A stretch of 64,000 nt of DNA from an uncultured virus (IMG/VR IMGVR_UViG_3300028840_007457) (IMGVR_UViG_3300028840_007457), one strand, 5' to 3'. Shown: positions 8,668 to 18,398, numbered from the stretch's first letter. The notes: generated from the letters alone by a model not told the origin. Numbers and translations are program-made.

Positions 8668-8907
8668 ATGCGTTGTAAAGTTTGTGGTGGTACTAGACAT
8701 TTTTTAGCGGAAATTAAAGACTATAGAATTATCGACACAGAAAATCCTTACAAGCTCACCAATTATGGGGTACCGGTTGTAGCGCATTGTCTTAATGGTT
8801 CTTGTACTGGAACCAGCAAAAACGGTGAGATTGAATTTGATCCTATTCCAGCGGCTCTTTCTCGTTTAGAAAGTGAGATCGAATCGCATAGAACAGCTGG
8901 AAAATAA
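8668..8907 (+). CDS. small zinc-ribbon hypothetical protein
   Basis: CKVC ... CLNGSC; tight operon spacing. Confidence 0.55.
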   Translation: MRCKVCGGTRHFLAEIKDYRIIDTENPYKLTNYGVPVVAHCLNGSCTGTSKNGEIEFDPIPAALSRLESEIESHRTAGK

Positions 8908-8908
8908 A

Positions 8909-9115
8909 ATGCCTAAAAAAAATTATGAAGGTATTGTTGGACGAAATGTAAGAGATGTTGGAAAACAATTTGAAGAAGACCCCTCTAAAATACTTGTATC
9001 TGTACAACTGGAAGATGAGCAAATTGAACATTTAAATTCTGGATTGCGAAAAAGAAGTAGGCGTCTTATTCCAATAACTACGTTAGCAGCTTTTATCAAA
9101 AAGCTCAACTCCTAA
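8909..9115 (+). CDS. hypothetical protein
   Basis: ATG 1 nt after the previous stop; fills the gap before sbcC. Confidence 0.5.
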   Translation: MPKKNYEGIVGRNVRDVGKQFEEDPSKILVSVQLEDEQIEHLNSGLRKRSRRLIPITTLAAFIKKLNS

Positions 9116-9132
9116 CTCTTTCCTACCACACC

Positions 9133-11589
9133 ATGCCTACCATTGAATTGTTAGATTTCAGGCTGAGAAATGCCTCTATTTATTTGTCAGCTGAAATTCC
9201 TTTGGCTAATCAGGGTTTAGTTATACATAGAGGTTTAAATTTAGATGATGGGGGATTTTTAGGATCTGGAAAAAGCACAGTTCCTGATAGCTTAGCTCGT
9301 TTACTTGTAGGAAAAAGCGGAAAGAAAGATACAGCTGACGATATTATTAATTTCTCAGCTAAGAAAAATTTGGAGAAAAGTCTTCGTTTAAAAATAGATG
9401 ACCGACCTATTCAAATTAATCAATTTAGAAAACATAATCTATATGGCAATAAAGTAGAAGTTTTAGATTTAGATACAGGAAAAGATATCTTACCCAGAGA
9501 GCATAGAAAACATCCTCATACTTGGATTAGAGACCAGCTTCTTCAGATTGATGAGACTAGCTTCTTCAATTTAGTTTATCTAACCCAAGATTTGAATCAC
9601 GTGCTCTTGCACGGTAAAGACGGAGAACGTCGTAAAAAACTAACCGTAATGTTTAGTTTAAATGTCTACGATGATTTTTATAGTCAATTAAATACACAAA
9701 TTAGTTTGGTAGAAACTGAAATTTCTCAACTTGATAGATTAAAAGCTCAAATTGAAGAAATAGAAAGTCAGTTAGAAAAAGCAGGCAAGCTTAAAACCCT
9801 AAAAAATAAGTACGTAAAAGCAGCTCAAAAAGCAGATGCTATGCAGGCAGGTTTTATTGCAACTCAAAACGAATTAGAGGAGCAGCAAGAATTACTAGCA
9901 TCTCTTAAGCTGCGTTTTACCAAAGAGGAAGAACTGCAAACTTTATGGTCTAAATACGACCATCTTCTGAAACCTAAATTTGAACAGAAAAAACAACTTA
10001 CTAAAGTTGCACTTAAATCTTTGCAAGAGTCTCTCAAAAATTTAGCTAAAAAGAAAATCACTCTTGAAAATCAAGAAGAAGATCTTAGAAGAAGATCTGT
10101 TATTGAAAGTCAGTTAAGTAAATTAGATGAGTCTTTAGAAGAAATTGAATCATTGGAATCTATAGAAGAAGACTTAACTAGCCTAAAAACAACTTTACAC
10201 CATTTAAAAGTTGTAGAGCTACCAAAAGCAGAGAAGAAACTAGAACTGCAAGAAGACCTTTCCCAAATCGAAAAACCACCAACGAATATTCATAAGCTTC
10301 AAGAAGAAAACGAAGCTCAAATTTCTGCAATAGCAGAATTAACCAGTACAATAAAATCTGTTAATCATAGATTGGAAAAAGGTGTTTGCCCAACATGCGG
10401 TCAAGCTAGAAATCTAACTAAAGAACAAGTTGATGAACTGCAAATTAAGTTGGCTTCTTCGAGAGATGCATTAAAAAAGAAAAAACGTAGAAATTTCAAA
10501 CTCAAGTCATCTCTCGAATCTTATGAACAATATCTTAGGTTGGCAGATCAACTAAAGACTATTGACTGTGATTCCACACTTCAAGAAATAAACACTAAAA
10601 TAACTAAACTTCAGAAAAAAGAACGTAAGTTGTCATCCATTCTTGAACTTGTAAAGCAAAAAGAACGTTTAGAGACATTGTTAGAAGCACTACCTGAAGG
10701 AAATTTGGAAGACATTAAAACAAAACTGCCTAAAATCAGGAATAATTATCGAGAGCTTAAAAAATTGGTAGAGGTAGTTATTAAAATACGACGTATTAAC
10801 TTGGAGCTTAAACCTCTTCCAAGAGGAAACAAAAATGAAGTATCGAAAACAGTTCAGCAATTAAAAACTGATGTAAGAACTTTGAGTAGCCGATACAAAA
10901 AATATAGCAGCAAAGCAGCCAAATTAGAAATAAAAATAAATCACATAAAAAGTCTATTGGAAAGGATTTCAGAACTAACTTCCAAATTAAAAGAAAGTTC
11001 TAAATTACAGAATAAACTAACGTGTTTCAAGGCTCTTAAAACTGCTTTTCATCCCCAAGGAATGAAACAAGCTAGATTTCAACATATTTTAAAAGAGGCC
11101 ACTGAAAAAACAATTCCTGCCTATTCTTCCATGTTATGGCCTCGTAAGAAAGTAAGCTTAGAATTCGGAGGAGAAAATAATCTTCAGTTCTATCTTTGTC
11201 GTAAAGGTAGAAAATCATCAGTTAAGAGTCAGTTATTGAGCGGTGGAGAGAAACATAAAGCTGGGTTAGCTTTCCTACTTGGAATGAGAGATTTAAAAGA
11301 GCTTTATACAGATAGCTCTTTTAATATTTTGATTATTGACGAACCTTTTGGTAATTTAGATCCTCCTGGAGAAGAAAGCCTACTCTCCATTTTAGAAATG
11401 CTTAAAGAAAGATTCTCTTCTATATTTGTAATAAGTCATAGACCTGAAGTGATTAACAGTTCAGTATGGGACCAGACTTGGTGGTCAATTCGAGAAAACA
11501 ATGTAAGTAAACTTTATACTTCAACAGCTCCTCCAAAGAAATACCGACGTTTAGCAGCAAAGATGTTATCAACAGAAGGTGCATTGTGA
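9133..11589 (+). CDS. sbcC: SbcC/Rad50-like SMC ATPase
   Basis: Walker A GSGKS, long coiled coil with central CPTCG zinc hook, LSGGE signature, IIDEP, ISH. Confidence 0.92.
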   Translation: MPTIELLDFRLRNASIYLSAEIPLANQGLVIHRGLNLDDGGFLGSGKSTVPDSLARLLVGKSGKKDTADDIINFSAKKNLEKSLRLKIDDRPIQINQFRKHNLYGNKVEVLDLDTGKDILPREHRKHPHTWIRDQLLQIDETSFFNLVYLTQDLNHVLLHGKDGERRKKLTVMFSLNVYDDFYSQLNTQISLVETEISQLDRLKAQIEEIESQLEKAGKLKTLKNKYVKAAQKADAMQAGFIATQNELEEQQELLASLKLRFTKEEELQTLWSKYDHLLKPKFEQKKQLTKVALKSLQESLKNLAKKKITLENQEEDLRRRSVIESQLSKLDESLEEIESLESIEEDLTSLKTTLHHLKVVELPKAEKKLELQEDLSQIEKPPTNIHKLQEENEAQISAIAELTSTIKSVNHRLEKGVCPTCGQARNLTKEQVDELQIKLASSRDALKKKKRRNFKLKSSLESYEQYLRLADQLKTIDCDSTLQEINTKITKLQKKERKLSSILELVKQKERLETLLEALPEGNLEDIKTKLPKIRNNYRELKKLVEVVIKIRRINLELKPLPRGNKNEVSKTVQQLKTDVRTLSSRYKKYSSKAAKLEIKINHIKSLLERISELTSKLKESSKLQNKLTCFKALKTAFHPQGMKQARFQHILKEATEKTIPAYSSMLWPRKKVSLEFGGENNLQFYLCRKGRKSSVKSQLLSGGEKHKAGLAFLLGMRDLKELYTDSSFNILIIDEPFGNLDPPGEESLLSILEMLKERFSSIFVISHRPEVINSSVWDQTWWSIRENNVSKLYTSTAPPKKYRRLAAKMLSTEGAL

Positions 11590-12088
11590 TATGTTGGTTC
11601 GAGTATTTACAGCTTTAGCTAATGGAGGATCTACCAGTTTACATTATTGGTTACAATATTTTCTTCCTGAAGAAACTGTAGGAAGAATTAATCTAATTAA
11701 AGACCACATTATACTGGAAACACACGAAGGCTCTGAAATTAAATTAACCAATGGAATTCTATATAAGAAATTGAAGAGAGGTAGACCAAAATTCACCATA
11801 CCTTTATTGGTTGAAATTTGTAGAATGTACGATCACTCTATTGGAGTGGATAAGCTTTTAACCGATTTTTTGAATCAATCTCTAAACACAAATTTTAAAC
11901 TGTTGCCCTTTTACATAAGTGCTGGTAAACTTGTTACTTTAGTATCAACTAAATCCTTATCAAAAACTGATAGTAAAGGTTGTAAAGTAGTAACGAAAAC
12001 ACAAAGAAAAGAAACCGTTTTGGAATTGAATTCCAGCAAACGGTTACAAACAGTACTGGTAGATCTAATCAGGAGACAAGCCCTGTGA
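11579..12088 (+). CDS. hypothetical protein
   Basis: 169-aa ORF coupled to its neighbours; contains KRGRPK. Start uncertain. Confidence 0.6.
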   Translation: MHCDMLVRVFTALANGGSTSLHYWLQYFLPEETVGRINLIKDHIILETHEGSEIKLTNGILYKKLKRGRPKFTIPLLVEICRMYDHSIGVDKLLTDFLNQSLNTNFKLLPFYISAGKLVTLVSTKSLSKTDSKGCKVVTKTQRKETVLELNSSKRLQTVLVDLIRRQAL

Positions 12089-12972
12089 CAAAAAAGAAAA
12101 AATCAAAAGTCAGAAAAGTCCACGCTGTTGGGCTTGCAACTATGAAGCCAACATTTGTGGTGGTATTTCACATTCATTCCCCTAATACTGGTGGTAAAGT
12201 ATTTGTTTACCCACCTGAGGGAGAAGAAGAAGAATTTAAACTTCCGAAGCAAACAGATGAGTCTAGAAACTATGTTATCCTAACAGCTCCTGAAAAATAT
12301 CACGAACTTTATCGTCATGCTAAGAGAATACATCGCCTTCTAATTTGTGGAAAAGGACAACCTGAACAGCTCCTTTCTTTAGGGGTTCCAATTATCGATG
12401 CAGAGATGAAGAATAATAAAGTTGTTCGCTCTTTGTCTTTTAAAACCGCAGATGAATTACGAAACATTATAGAGGAGGATGCTGTTTTAATTAAAATAAC
12501 ACCTCGGAAAAGTCATAAAAAGCAAACAACGATAAAGCCTAGGAAAAAACAGTCTAAAAATAAAAATGCAACTATACCGGAAAAAACCGAGGCTCCTGAA
12601 TTACTTCCAATTTTGAAAGAGATTAAAAGCAGCTTCTCTGGAGATAATATAGAGTACCAAGATGCTGTCCTTATTCCTATAATTCTAAGAATAATCAAAG
12701 ATATGGATCGTTCAGAATTTAAAGAACACTGCAAACTCTTAGAGGAAAATGTAGAAAATACCGAGCTATGTAAAAAGCTGTACACTTTTCTAGAAAAAAA
12801 ATGGGATGTAGGAGGAGGACGACGCCTGTCAAAGGCTGCTCGACTTTATCTAGATGCTAAAAAACCCAAAAAAATCAGTGCACTTTCTAAAAAGTATAAT
12901 CTAAGTTCAAAAGATTTGACGTGGGTTGTCAAAGCTGTCAGAAAATTAGAAGCTGCTGTGTCGGAGGGCTAA
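12085..12972 (+). CDS. hypothetical basic protein
   Basis: 295-aa ORF with a GTGA overlap with the upstream stop. Confidence 0.7.
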   Translation: MTKKKKSKVRKVHAVGLATMKPTFVVVFHIHSPNTGGKVFVYPPEGEEEEFKLPKQTDESRNYVILTAPEKYHELYRHAKRIHRLLICGKGQPEQLLSLGVPIIDAEMKNNKVVRSLSFKTADELRNIIEEDAVLIKITPRKSHKKQTTIKPRKKQSKNKNATIPEKTEAPELLPILKEIKSSFSGDNIEYQDAVLIPIILRIIKDMDRSEFKEHCKLLEENVENTELCKKLYTFLEKKWDVGGGRRLSKAARLYLDAKKPKKISALSKKYNLSSKDLTWVVKAVRKLEAAVSEG

Positions 12973-12994
12973 AATTTAGAGACTCACAAAGTAC

Positions 12995-13022
12995 TTGACT
13001 TTTTTGTAAACCTGAGTAGTAT
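12995..13022 (+). promoter_or_regulatory. putative sigma70-type promoter
   Basis: TTGACT, 16 nt, TAGTAT in the intergenic gap, followed by AAAGGAG and ATG at 13089. Confidence 0.45.
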
Positions 13023-13088
13023 AGCTGCTACACTTTACACGCCCTTGGGCATCACAGCAGGAACAGATTGTTCTTCAAAGGAGTCGTA

Positions 13089-14171
13089 ATGGCTAAGAAG
13101 AGAAAAAAGCACAGCACAAAGTCCAAAAGCCATCGGCATGAAGAGGACGAGTATGAGGATGTAGAGACCGAGGAGGAGGATGAGTCTGAGGACGAAGAAG
13201 AGGAAGATGAAGAGTATGAAGATTACGATGACGATGACTCAGATGATACTGTAGATGAGGACGACGACGATGATGACGATGATGACGACGACGATGATGA
13301 CGATGATGATGACTCCGATTCTGACGATGGTGATGATGATGACTCCGATGACTCCGATTCTGACGATGGTGATGATGATGACTCCGATGATGACGATGAA
13401 GATGAGCGTGAGAAGAAGCCTAAGAAAAAGAAGAAGCGCGGTCGCAAAAAGAAACTAGCTAAAGATAAAGACACTACACCCGTCTACAAAGTACAAAAAG
13501 GATTTACGGTAGACGACAAGGAGTATGAAGTAGGGGACGTTATTCCGATTACCTGTGGTACATGTACCATGTTTAACCGGGAAATAATGGGACAAGTCTT
13601 CTGCAAAGAGGGGGAACGTCTAGATCCCGACGATCCTAAAACCAAAGTCATTAAAAATAATTTCAGCTGTGGGCAATACTACGTCAACGTAGAAAATGCT
13701 AAGGCGTTTGAAGATTTTAATGACAAGCTTCCTTTCTCTGCTCGGGAAGCCGTGCGTAGGTTACTACCGTCTTACCGCAAACTGTTAGAAATGCGGACCA
13801 AGATTATAGATGATGCTGAGTCTGGAGAAGGTGTTAAGCTTTTTGCTGCTGCTTTCAGTTGGCTTCAGAAAAACTTTGTGCATGAGGATCAAATTCTCTA
13901 TATTACTCCTCTTATTCGTGCTCTTAATCGTAGGCAACGTCAACAGAAGTCTCAAAAAGCCCTTCCTCTTAAGGGCGGCATGACTGTGCAGTGGGATGAC
14001 GAGAAAACTGGAGAGCGTCTGGAAGGTATTATTTTTAAGACCTACCAAGGGCAAATTAGTATTGCCATTCTCGAAGGTAAATACAGAGGCAAACGTCGTA
14101 CATTCCGTCTAAAGAACTTCCGTCAAAACATGAATGTCGAAATCGTGGAGATGACGGCGGAAGACGACTAG
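13089..14171 (+). CDS. acidic D/E-tract protein with Cys cluster and C-terminal SH3/Tudor-like beta domain
   Basis: SD AAAGGAG before ATG 13089. Basic N-terminus, ~90 aa acidic tract, basic patch, CGTC..C..C, then GMTVQWDD...EGIIFK. Confidence 0.75.
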   Translation: MAKKRKKHSTKSKSHRHEEDEYEDVETEEEDESEDEEEEDEEYEDYDDDDSDDTVDEDDDDDDDDDDDDDDDDDDSDSDDGDDDDSDDSDSDDGDDDDSDDDDEDEREKKPKKKKKRGRKKKLAKDKDTTPVYKVQKGFTVDDKEYEVGDVIPITCGTCTMFNREIMGQVFCKEGERLDPDDPKTKVIKNNFSCGQYYVNVENAKAFEDFNDKLPFSAREAVRRLLPSYRKLLEMRTKIIDDAESGEGVKLFAAAFSWLQKNFVHEDQILYITPLIRALNRRQRQQKSQKALPLKGGMTVQWDDEKTGERLEGIIFKTYQGQISIAILEGKYRGKRRTFRLKNFRQNMNVEIVEMTAEDD

Positions 14172-14189
14172 ATTACTCCATTTTTAAAA

Positions 14190-14232
14190 GGGTGGGAAAT
14201 GGTAAGCGAACTTTGACTACCATTTCCCACCC
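14190..14232 (+). terminator. stem-loop (15-bp perfect inverted repeat)
   Basis: GGGTGGGAAATGGTA / TACCATTTCCCACCC in an intergenic gap; no U-tract follows. Confidence 0.6.
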
Positions 14233-14253
14233 ATAAGTTCATCAAAAACTTCG

Positions 14254-15876
14254 ATGAAAAAATCCACCAAAACACAAGTTGAGGAAGCCTTTAATTGTTT
14301 GGAAAGGCTGGAGGTGTACGAAAAGAACAAAGAGAAAAAAATCCTTTTGGAAGAAACAAAAACCAATCCAGTTTTAAAAACCATTTTTAAAATGGCTCTT
14401 GGGCAGGATCGGTACTTTGTTCATCCTATAATAAAAACCGCCCGTTGTACTTCCGAAATAACTCCACATGACTCTTGGCTTAAATTTGTTAAGCTGGCCA
14501 GTTACCTTAAAGAGCGTCGTTGGGGTTCTAAAAAAGCTACTGCTAAAACCAAAGCTCTACTTCTCAAAAGTGACCCTCTAGTAGCTAAATGGTTATTGAG
14601 AATTTTAGACCATGACCTTCGTGTAGGAGTAGGTCCGAAAACAATTAAATCCGTTTTTGGTTTAGGTTTTCTCACAGAAGGTAAGACTGGTACTAACAAT
14701 GCCTCTATGCAGTTTAGAGGGTGTATGTTGGGGTTGGCCTACAAAAGACTTCCCAAAAAATACAAACCATTAAAATTTCCAAAAGCTGGTGAGTATAAAT
14801 TAGACGGAGAAAGAGCCCTTCTTTTTATTTTTCAAAAAGTCAAAAAGGTAATTATAGTCAGTAGGGCTAACCGGCGAAAAAAGCATATTGAAAATGTCGA
14901 ACTCTTTACTAGACAGCTTTTTAGTTTGGCGAGAGACTTGGTAGGCCCTGAAGAAGATGTCTTCATTGATGGAGAATTCCTAGCAAAGTCGTGGAATAAA
15001 ACTTCTAGTATCGTGAGTAGTTATAAGAACTTCAATGAAGCAGAATTTCTAGATGATGTTCGAGCTGTAGTATGGGATTGGGCACCTCTTAAAGCCTACG
15101 AAGCTGGTATTTTTGAAATGCCTTGGGAAGAACGCAAACATCATCTCTTAGGCTGCTCGCAAGAAGGAGCGGCTCTCAATCCTTTAAAGATCACCCCCAA
15201 GGTGTACTATCGAAGCCCTAACATAGGTATTCTAGGCCACAAAATTCTTAGAATGGAGGAAGCTCTCCATAAATTCTACAATAGGGCTCTGGACCGTAGT
15301 TTTGAGGGAGCAATGATTAAGACTGTAGATGCCCCGCTTCGTTTGGATGACCACAGAGGCCCTGATGTGATTAAATTTAAGGCAGAGGAAGAGGCTACTG
15401 GAGTCATTGTGAGGTTGGAGCCTGGGAAGAAGGGGAAGAACGCAGCAGCAGATCCAGAGATTACGGATAAAATCTACAGGATAATGAAAAAGGTTGGAAA
15501 GGTAAAAAAGACAAAATACTACTTGCAAGTTCGACCTTCTTTTGATACAGTAGAAGAGCTGGAGTCGTTTATTCAGAGACTTAAGAAAGCGGCTAAAGAC
15601 TCATCTGCTCGGAGAGTTTATTGCACCCCCAAAGGCGTAGTAACCTTTAGACACAGTGCCCGATTACGTCGTTTTATTGTACGGTACGACGGTAAGGAAT
15701 TTGCAGTTGGAGGAGGTCTGGAACATAAAGGTGGATCTGATCAGCGTATGGAGCTGTGGAAGCAGAGGAAAGAGTTGGTAGGCATGAAAATAGATTTCCT
15801 CTTTCAAAAAGATCCCGATCCAGTAGCAGTTGCCAGATTTAATCAATTTGTCCGTATACGACGAGATTTGTCGTAA
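14254..15876 (+). CDS. ATP-dependent DNA ligase
   Basis: Motif I EYKLDGER, FIDGEF, EGAMIK, IKFK, C-terminal OB fold (VGGG, ARF..FVRIRRD). Confidence 0.9.
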   Translation: MKKSTKTQVEEAFNCLERLEVYEKNKEKKILLEETKTNPVLKTIFKMALGQDRYFVHPIIKTARCTSEITPHDSWLKFVKLASYLKERRWGSKKATAKTKALLLKSDPLVAKWLLRILDHDLRVGVGPKTIKSVFGLGFLTEGKTGTNNASMQFRGCMLGLAYKRLPKKYKPLKFPKAGEYKLDGERALLFIFQKVKKVIIVSRANRRKKHIENVELFTRQLFSLARDLVGPEEDVFIDGEFLAKSWNKTSSIVSSYKNFNEAEFLDDVRAVVWDWAPLKAYEAGIFEMPWEERKHHLLGCSQEGAALNPLKITPKVYYRSPNIGILGHKILRMEEALHKFYNRALDRSFEGAMIKTVDAPLRLDDHRGPDVIKFKAEEEATGVIVRLEPGKKGKNAAADPEITDKIYRIMKKVGKVKKTKYYLQVRPSFDTVEELESFIQRLKKAAKDSSARRVYCTPKGVVTFRHSARLRRFIVRYDGKEFAVGGGLEHKGGSDQRMELWKQRKELVGMKIDFLFQKDPDPVAVARFNQFVRIRRDLS

Positions 15877-15907
15877 TTCCCAAATGCCAAATCATAGGAG
15901 AAATCAA

Positions 15908-16351
15908 ATGGCAAAACCAGAAACCAAGCTTGTTAACATGTCCGCTTCACAGGTGTTCGGACTACTGACAAAGGGGTCCATTGTGAAGGCCCGCGCTGGC
16001 GTTCTTACCGTCGAGATGACGTCTCGTAAGAACACCACTACCTACATCGTTCCGATTAACGGTACGGTGGTAGAAGAGGTGGTAGAAGCTCCCGATGATG
16101 GAGAGGCACCCAAGAAGCGTCGTGGTCGTCCTCCCAAGAAGAAGGCTGCCGATGATGCTCCCAAGAAGCGTCGTGGTCGTCCTCCCAAGAAGAAGGCTGC
16201 CGATGATGCACCCAAGAAGCGTCGTGGTCGTCCTCCCAAGAAGAAGGCTGCAGCAAAGAAAACAGGTAAGCGTGGTCGCCCCAAGGGTAGTGGAAAGAAG
16301 GGTAAGAAGGCCAAGAAGAGCAAGAAGAATCTTCTAGATCTTAAGCTCTAA
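15908..16351 (+). CDS. HMGA/H1-like multi-AT-hook DNA-binding protein
   Basis: SD AGGAG before ATG 15908; small N-domain, then 3x KKRRGRPPKKK plus KRGRPKGS. Confidence 0.8.
   Translation: MAKPETKLVNMSASQVFGLLTKGSIVKARAGVLTVEMTSRKNTTTYIVPINGTVVEEVVEAPDDGEAPKKRRGRPPKKKAADDAPKKRRGRPPKKKAADDAPKKRRGRPPKKKAAAKKTGKRGRPKGSGKKGKKAKKSKKNLLDLKL
16106..16252 (+). repeat. 51-bp tandem repeat (~3 copies) encoding DDAPKKRRGRPPKKKAA
   Basis: Units start at 16151 and 16202, with a partial copy from 16106. Confidence 0.95.
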
Positions 16352-16396
16352 ACCAATCCCTCCCTTTCTCCCCTCCTTCCTCTAAAATATACACTA

Positions 16397-17398
16397 CTAT
16401 CCAATTTTGGCGTGGGAAATTCCACTGCCAAATATCAGTGTGCCCCGAGATCCATAAAGGCTCCACCCCATTAAAGAAACCCCTAAAATAGACTTGTCTA
16501 TGGATTCTATTTCTATTGGAATTTTTTCAGTTCTTACGCCCACTTTTTGGGGTGGTCCAAACATGAAGTAATCTGTAAAATCGAGACCACAACCAAACTC
16601 ATCTTTTTCAGAGCCACCACAAATAATAGACACATCTCCAAATTTTCCAACTTGTCCTGTTGCCCAATTACTTTTATTATCTGGATAAAACCACTGAGCT
16701 TCTTCCACTATAAAAGCTAATACCGCTGGAGTAGTCAGCAGTGTGGGGGCTGGTATTTGTTTTTCCCAAAGTTTATGCCTAATAGTATTAAAAGATGCTG
16801 GAGAAAATTGTTCGCAAAGCACCGTGTCTTGTGCCCCCTGTTTGAGTAAAAATACTACGGTAGCATTGTCTTTAGCAATAGTTTCTTTTACCATTTCATT
16901 TAGAAATTCTTCTACTACCTTTTTGGGATTGTCCTTAAACTCTCCCCGTTTTCTTTCAAAATTAAATTCTATGGGTAGGGATGGAACAAAAACAAACCCT
17001 ACTTTGGCAGCAGATTCTGCGGAATCACCAGGTGCTGCAAAGAATACCAAATCATTTTTAGGAATTCTAACTCGGGCATGTGCTCCCATTTCTATTTTCT
17101 GATAAGCTAAAATATGATTGCTCAATCCTAAATGTACATTAAGCCAATCATAACATTCTTGCAAATTAAATGTTAAACTTAATAAAGCTGCTCTAGTATC
17201 GTTTTCTACTTTTTTAAAGTAGGAGTTTAAAACTCCATCTTCTTTTTCTACGATTTTAACCCTCCTTTTTAATTCTCCTTCCTTCCAAGCTAAAAAGAAT
17301 TTTTGTAGAGTGGGGAAATCGGTTTGAGTTACCTCTTTTCCTTTTTCGTCTACAAAGACAACAGTACAGCTGAAGTAGGGGAAATCTCTGTTTTGCAT
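16397..17398 (-). CDS. HK97-fold major capsid protein-like protein (divergent)
   Basis: SD AAGGAG before ATG 17398. Pattern FVPSLPIEFN...VVEEFLNEMVKETIAKDNATVVFLL...ATGQVGKFGDVSII...PPQKVGVRTEK...MGWSLYG resembles large-phage capsid proteins (from memory). Confidence 0.55.
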   Translation of the reverse strand: MQNRDFPYFSCTVVFVDEKGKEVTQTDFPTLQKFFLAWKEGELKRRVKIVEKEDGVLNSYFKKVENDTRAALLSLTFNLQECYDWLNVHLGLSNHILAYQKIEMGAHARVRIPKNDLVFFAAPGDSAESAAKVGFVFVPSLPIEFNFERKRGEFKDNPKKVVEEFLNEMVKETIAKDNATVVFLLKQGAQDTVLCEQFSPASFNTIRHKLWEKQIPAPTLLTTPAVLAFIVEEAQWFYPDNKSNWATGQVGKFGDVSIICGGSEKDEFGCGLDFTDYFMFGPPQKVGVRTEKIPIEIESIDKSILGVSLMGWSLYGSRGTLIFGSGISHAKIG

Positions 17399-17527
17399 TT
17401 TGGTCTCCTTGGACTTTGATTTACAAAACCGCCTGTTTAAACAGTAACACCGGTACTTTATTTTATAGACTACTTTGTTAAACAAAGATAGAACAACCTC
17501 TTTTTCCGATGGGAGAACAAAATAAAA

Positions 17528-18373
17528 ATGCCGTGTGCTTTCAAACCCCTTTACGAGATACTAGTCAAGTTTTTACGTGAGGAAGGAATGTTTAAAAAAG
17601 ACATTCCCTGTTGTAATCCTGAAGAAGATAGCTGCCCTTGTTCAGGACTTTTAGAAACTATTTTACTACTTTATGAAAAACAACCCTCTGAAAACTCTCT
17701 AGAATTATTTTCCATTTTAAACGAAATTTTTGAAGATACTTATCTTCTTAGTGATACTTTTCACCCAAAATTACTTGTCCGAAATTCTTATCAGTGTCCT
17801 GAGTTGAATATTACCATGTACCAGCCATGTGGACTAGAAAGTTGTTTATTCCATACTCCAGGAAAAAGCTGGTGCAATAATTGTATTTTAGATTATGTTA
17901 CAAAACAGAATGAAGAAGAAGAAAACAAACAAACTAAAAAGAAACGTACTTCTCTTAGCTATAATGAGCTAACAATTCTTACCGGAATTTCTACCAACGA
18001 ATTGAAAAAGATCCTTAATGGAGCTTTGCTTAAATTAAGACAATCGGCCTTAAAAAAGAAAATTGAGGAAGAAAGTTTAGTAGATCGTCAATACAGGATT
18101 TTGTCCTCTTCTGTATGCCCTGTCTGTGAAAAACGGCTCTCTTCCAAAGTTACTAAAAAGGGAATTTCTTACTGTAGTACAAATTGCTACAATTTTAAAC
18201 CCCCTCATGTTTTAAAAGTAGAGCAAGATTTTGGACTTCCTATAAATAAAGTTCTTCGTTGTTGTTTAGAGAGCTTTTCATCTTTCAATGTTATTAGTAC
18301 CAGTTTAGGATTAGATAGAGCTTCTTTGGAGCGTTTGTGTACTACCTACAATCTGTCATTTCCTTCTGCTTAA
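17528..18373 (+). CDS. Cys-rich protein with sigma70 region-4-like HTH (possible transcription factor)
   Basis: LSYNELTILTGISTNELKKILNGALLKLRQ; CPVC...YCSTNC; a second HTH-like segment at the C-terminus. Confidence 0.55.
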   Translation: MPCAFKPLYEILVKFLREEGMFKKDIPCCNPEEDSCPCSGLLETILLLYEKQPSENSLELFSILNEIFEDTYLLSDTFHPKLLVRNSYQCPELNITMYQPCGLESCLFHTPGKSWCNNCILDYVTKQNEEEENKQTKKKRTSLSYNELTILTGISTNELKKILNGALLKLRQSALKKKIEEESLVDRQYRILSSSVCPVCEKRLSSKVTKKGISYCSTNCYNFKPPHVLKVEQDFGLPINKVLRCCLESFSSFNVISTSLGLDRASLERLCTTYNLSFPSA

Positions 18374-18383
18374 AGCAGTCATC

Positions 18384-18398
18384 TTAAGTTACTTTATA
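18384..18398 (+). promoter_or_regulatory. putative phage late promoter motif, copy 1
   Basis: TTAAGTTACTTTATA; near-identical copies at 30095 and 37444. Confidence 0.55.

Noticed and set aside
15400..15670. Intein in the ligase OB domain (or in the MTase)
   Set aside because: The inserts lack Cys/Ser starts, His-Asn ends and LAGLIDADG motifs.
16042..16337. Alternative-frame repeat ORFs, and the 51-bp repeat as a possible CRISPR array
   Set aside because: The units are contiguous with no unique spacers and encode in-frame AT-hooks; no cas genes are visible.
16743..17102. Plus-strand 119-aa ORF
   Set aside because: Shadow of the longer minus-strand gene, which has a clear SD.
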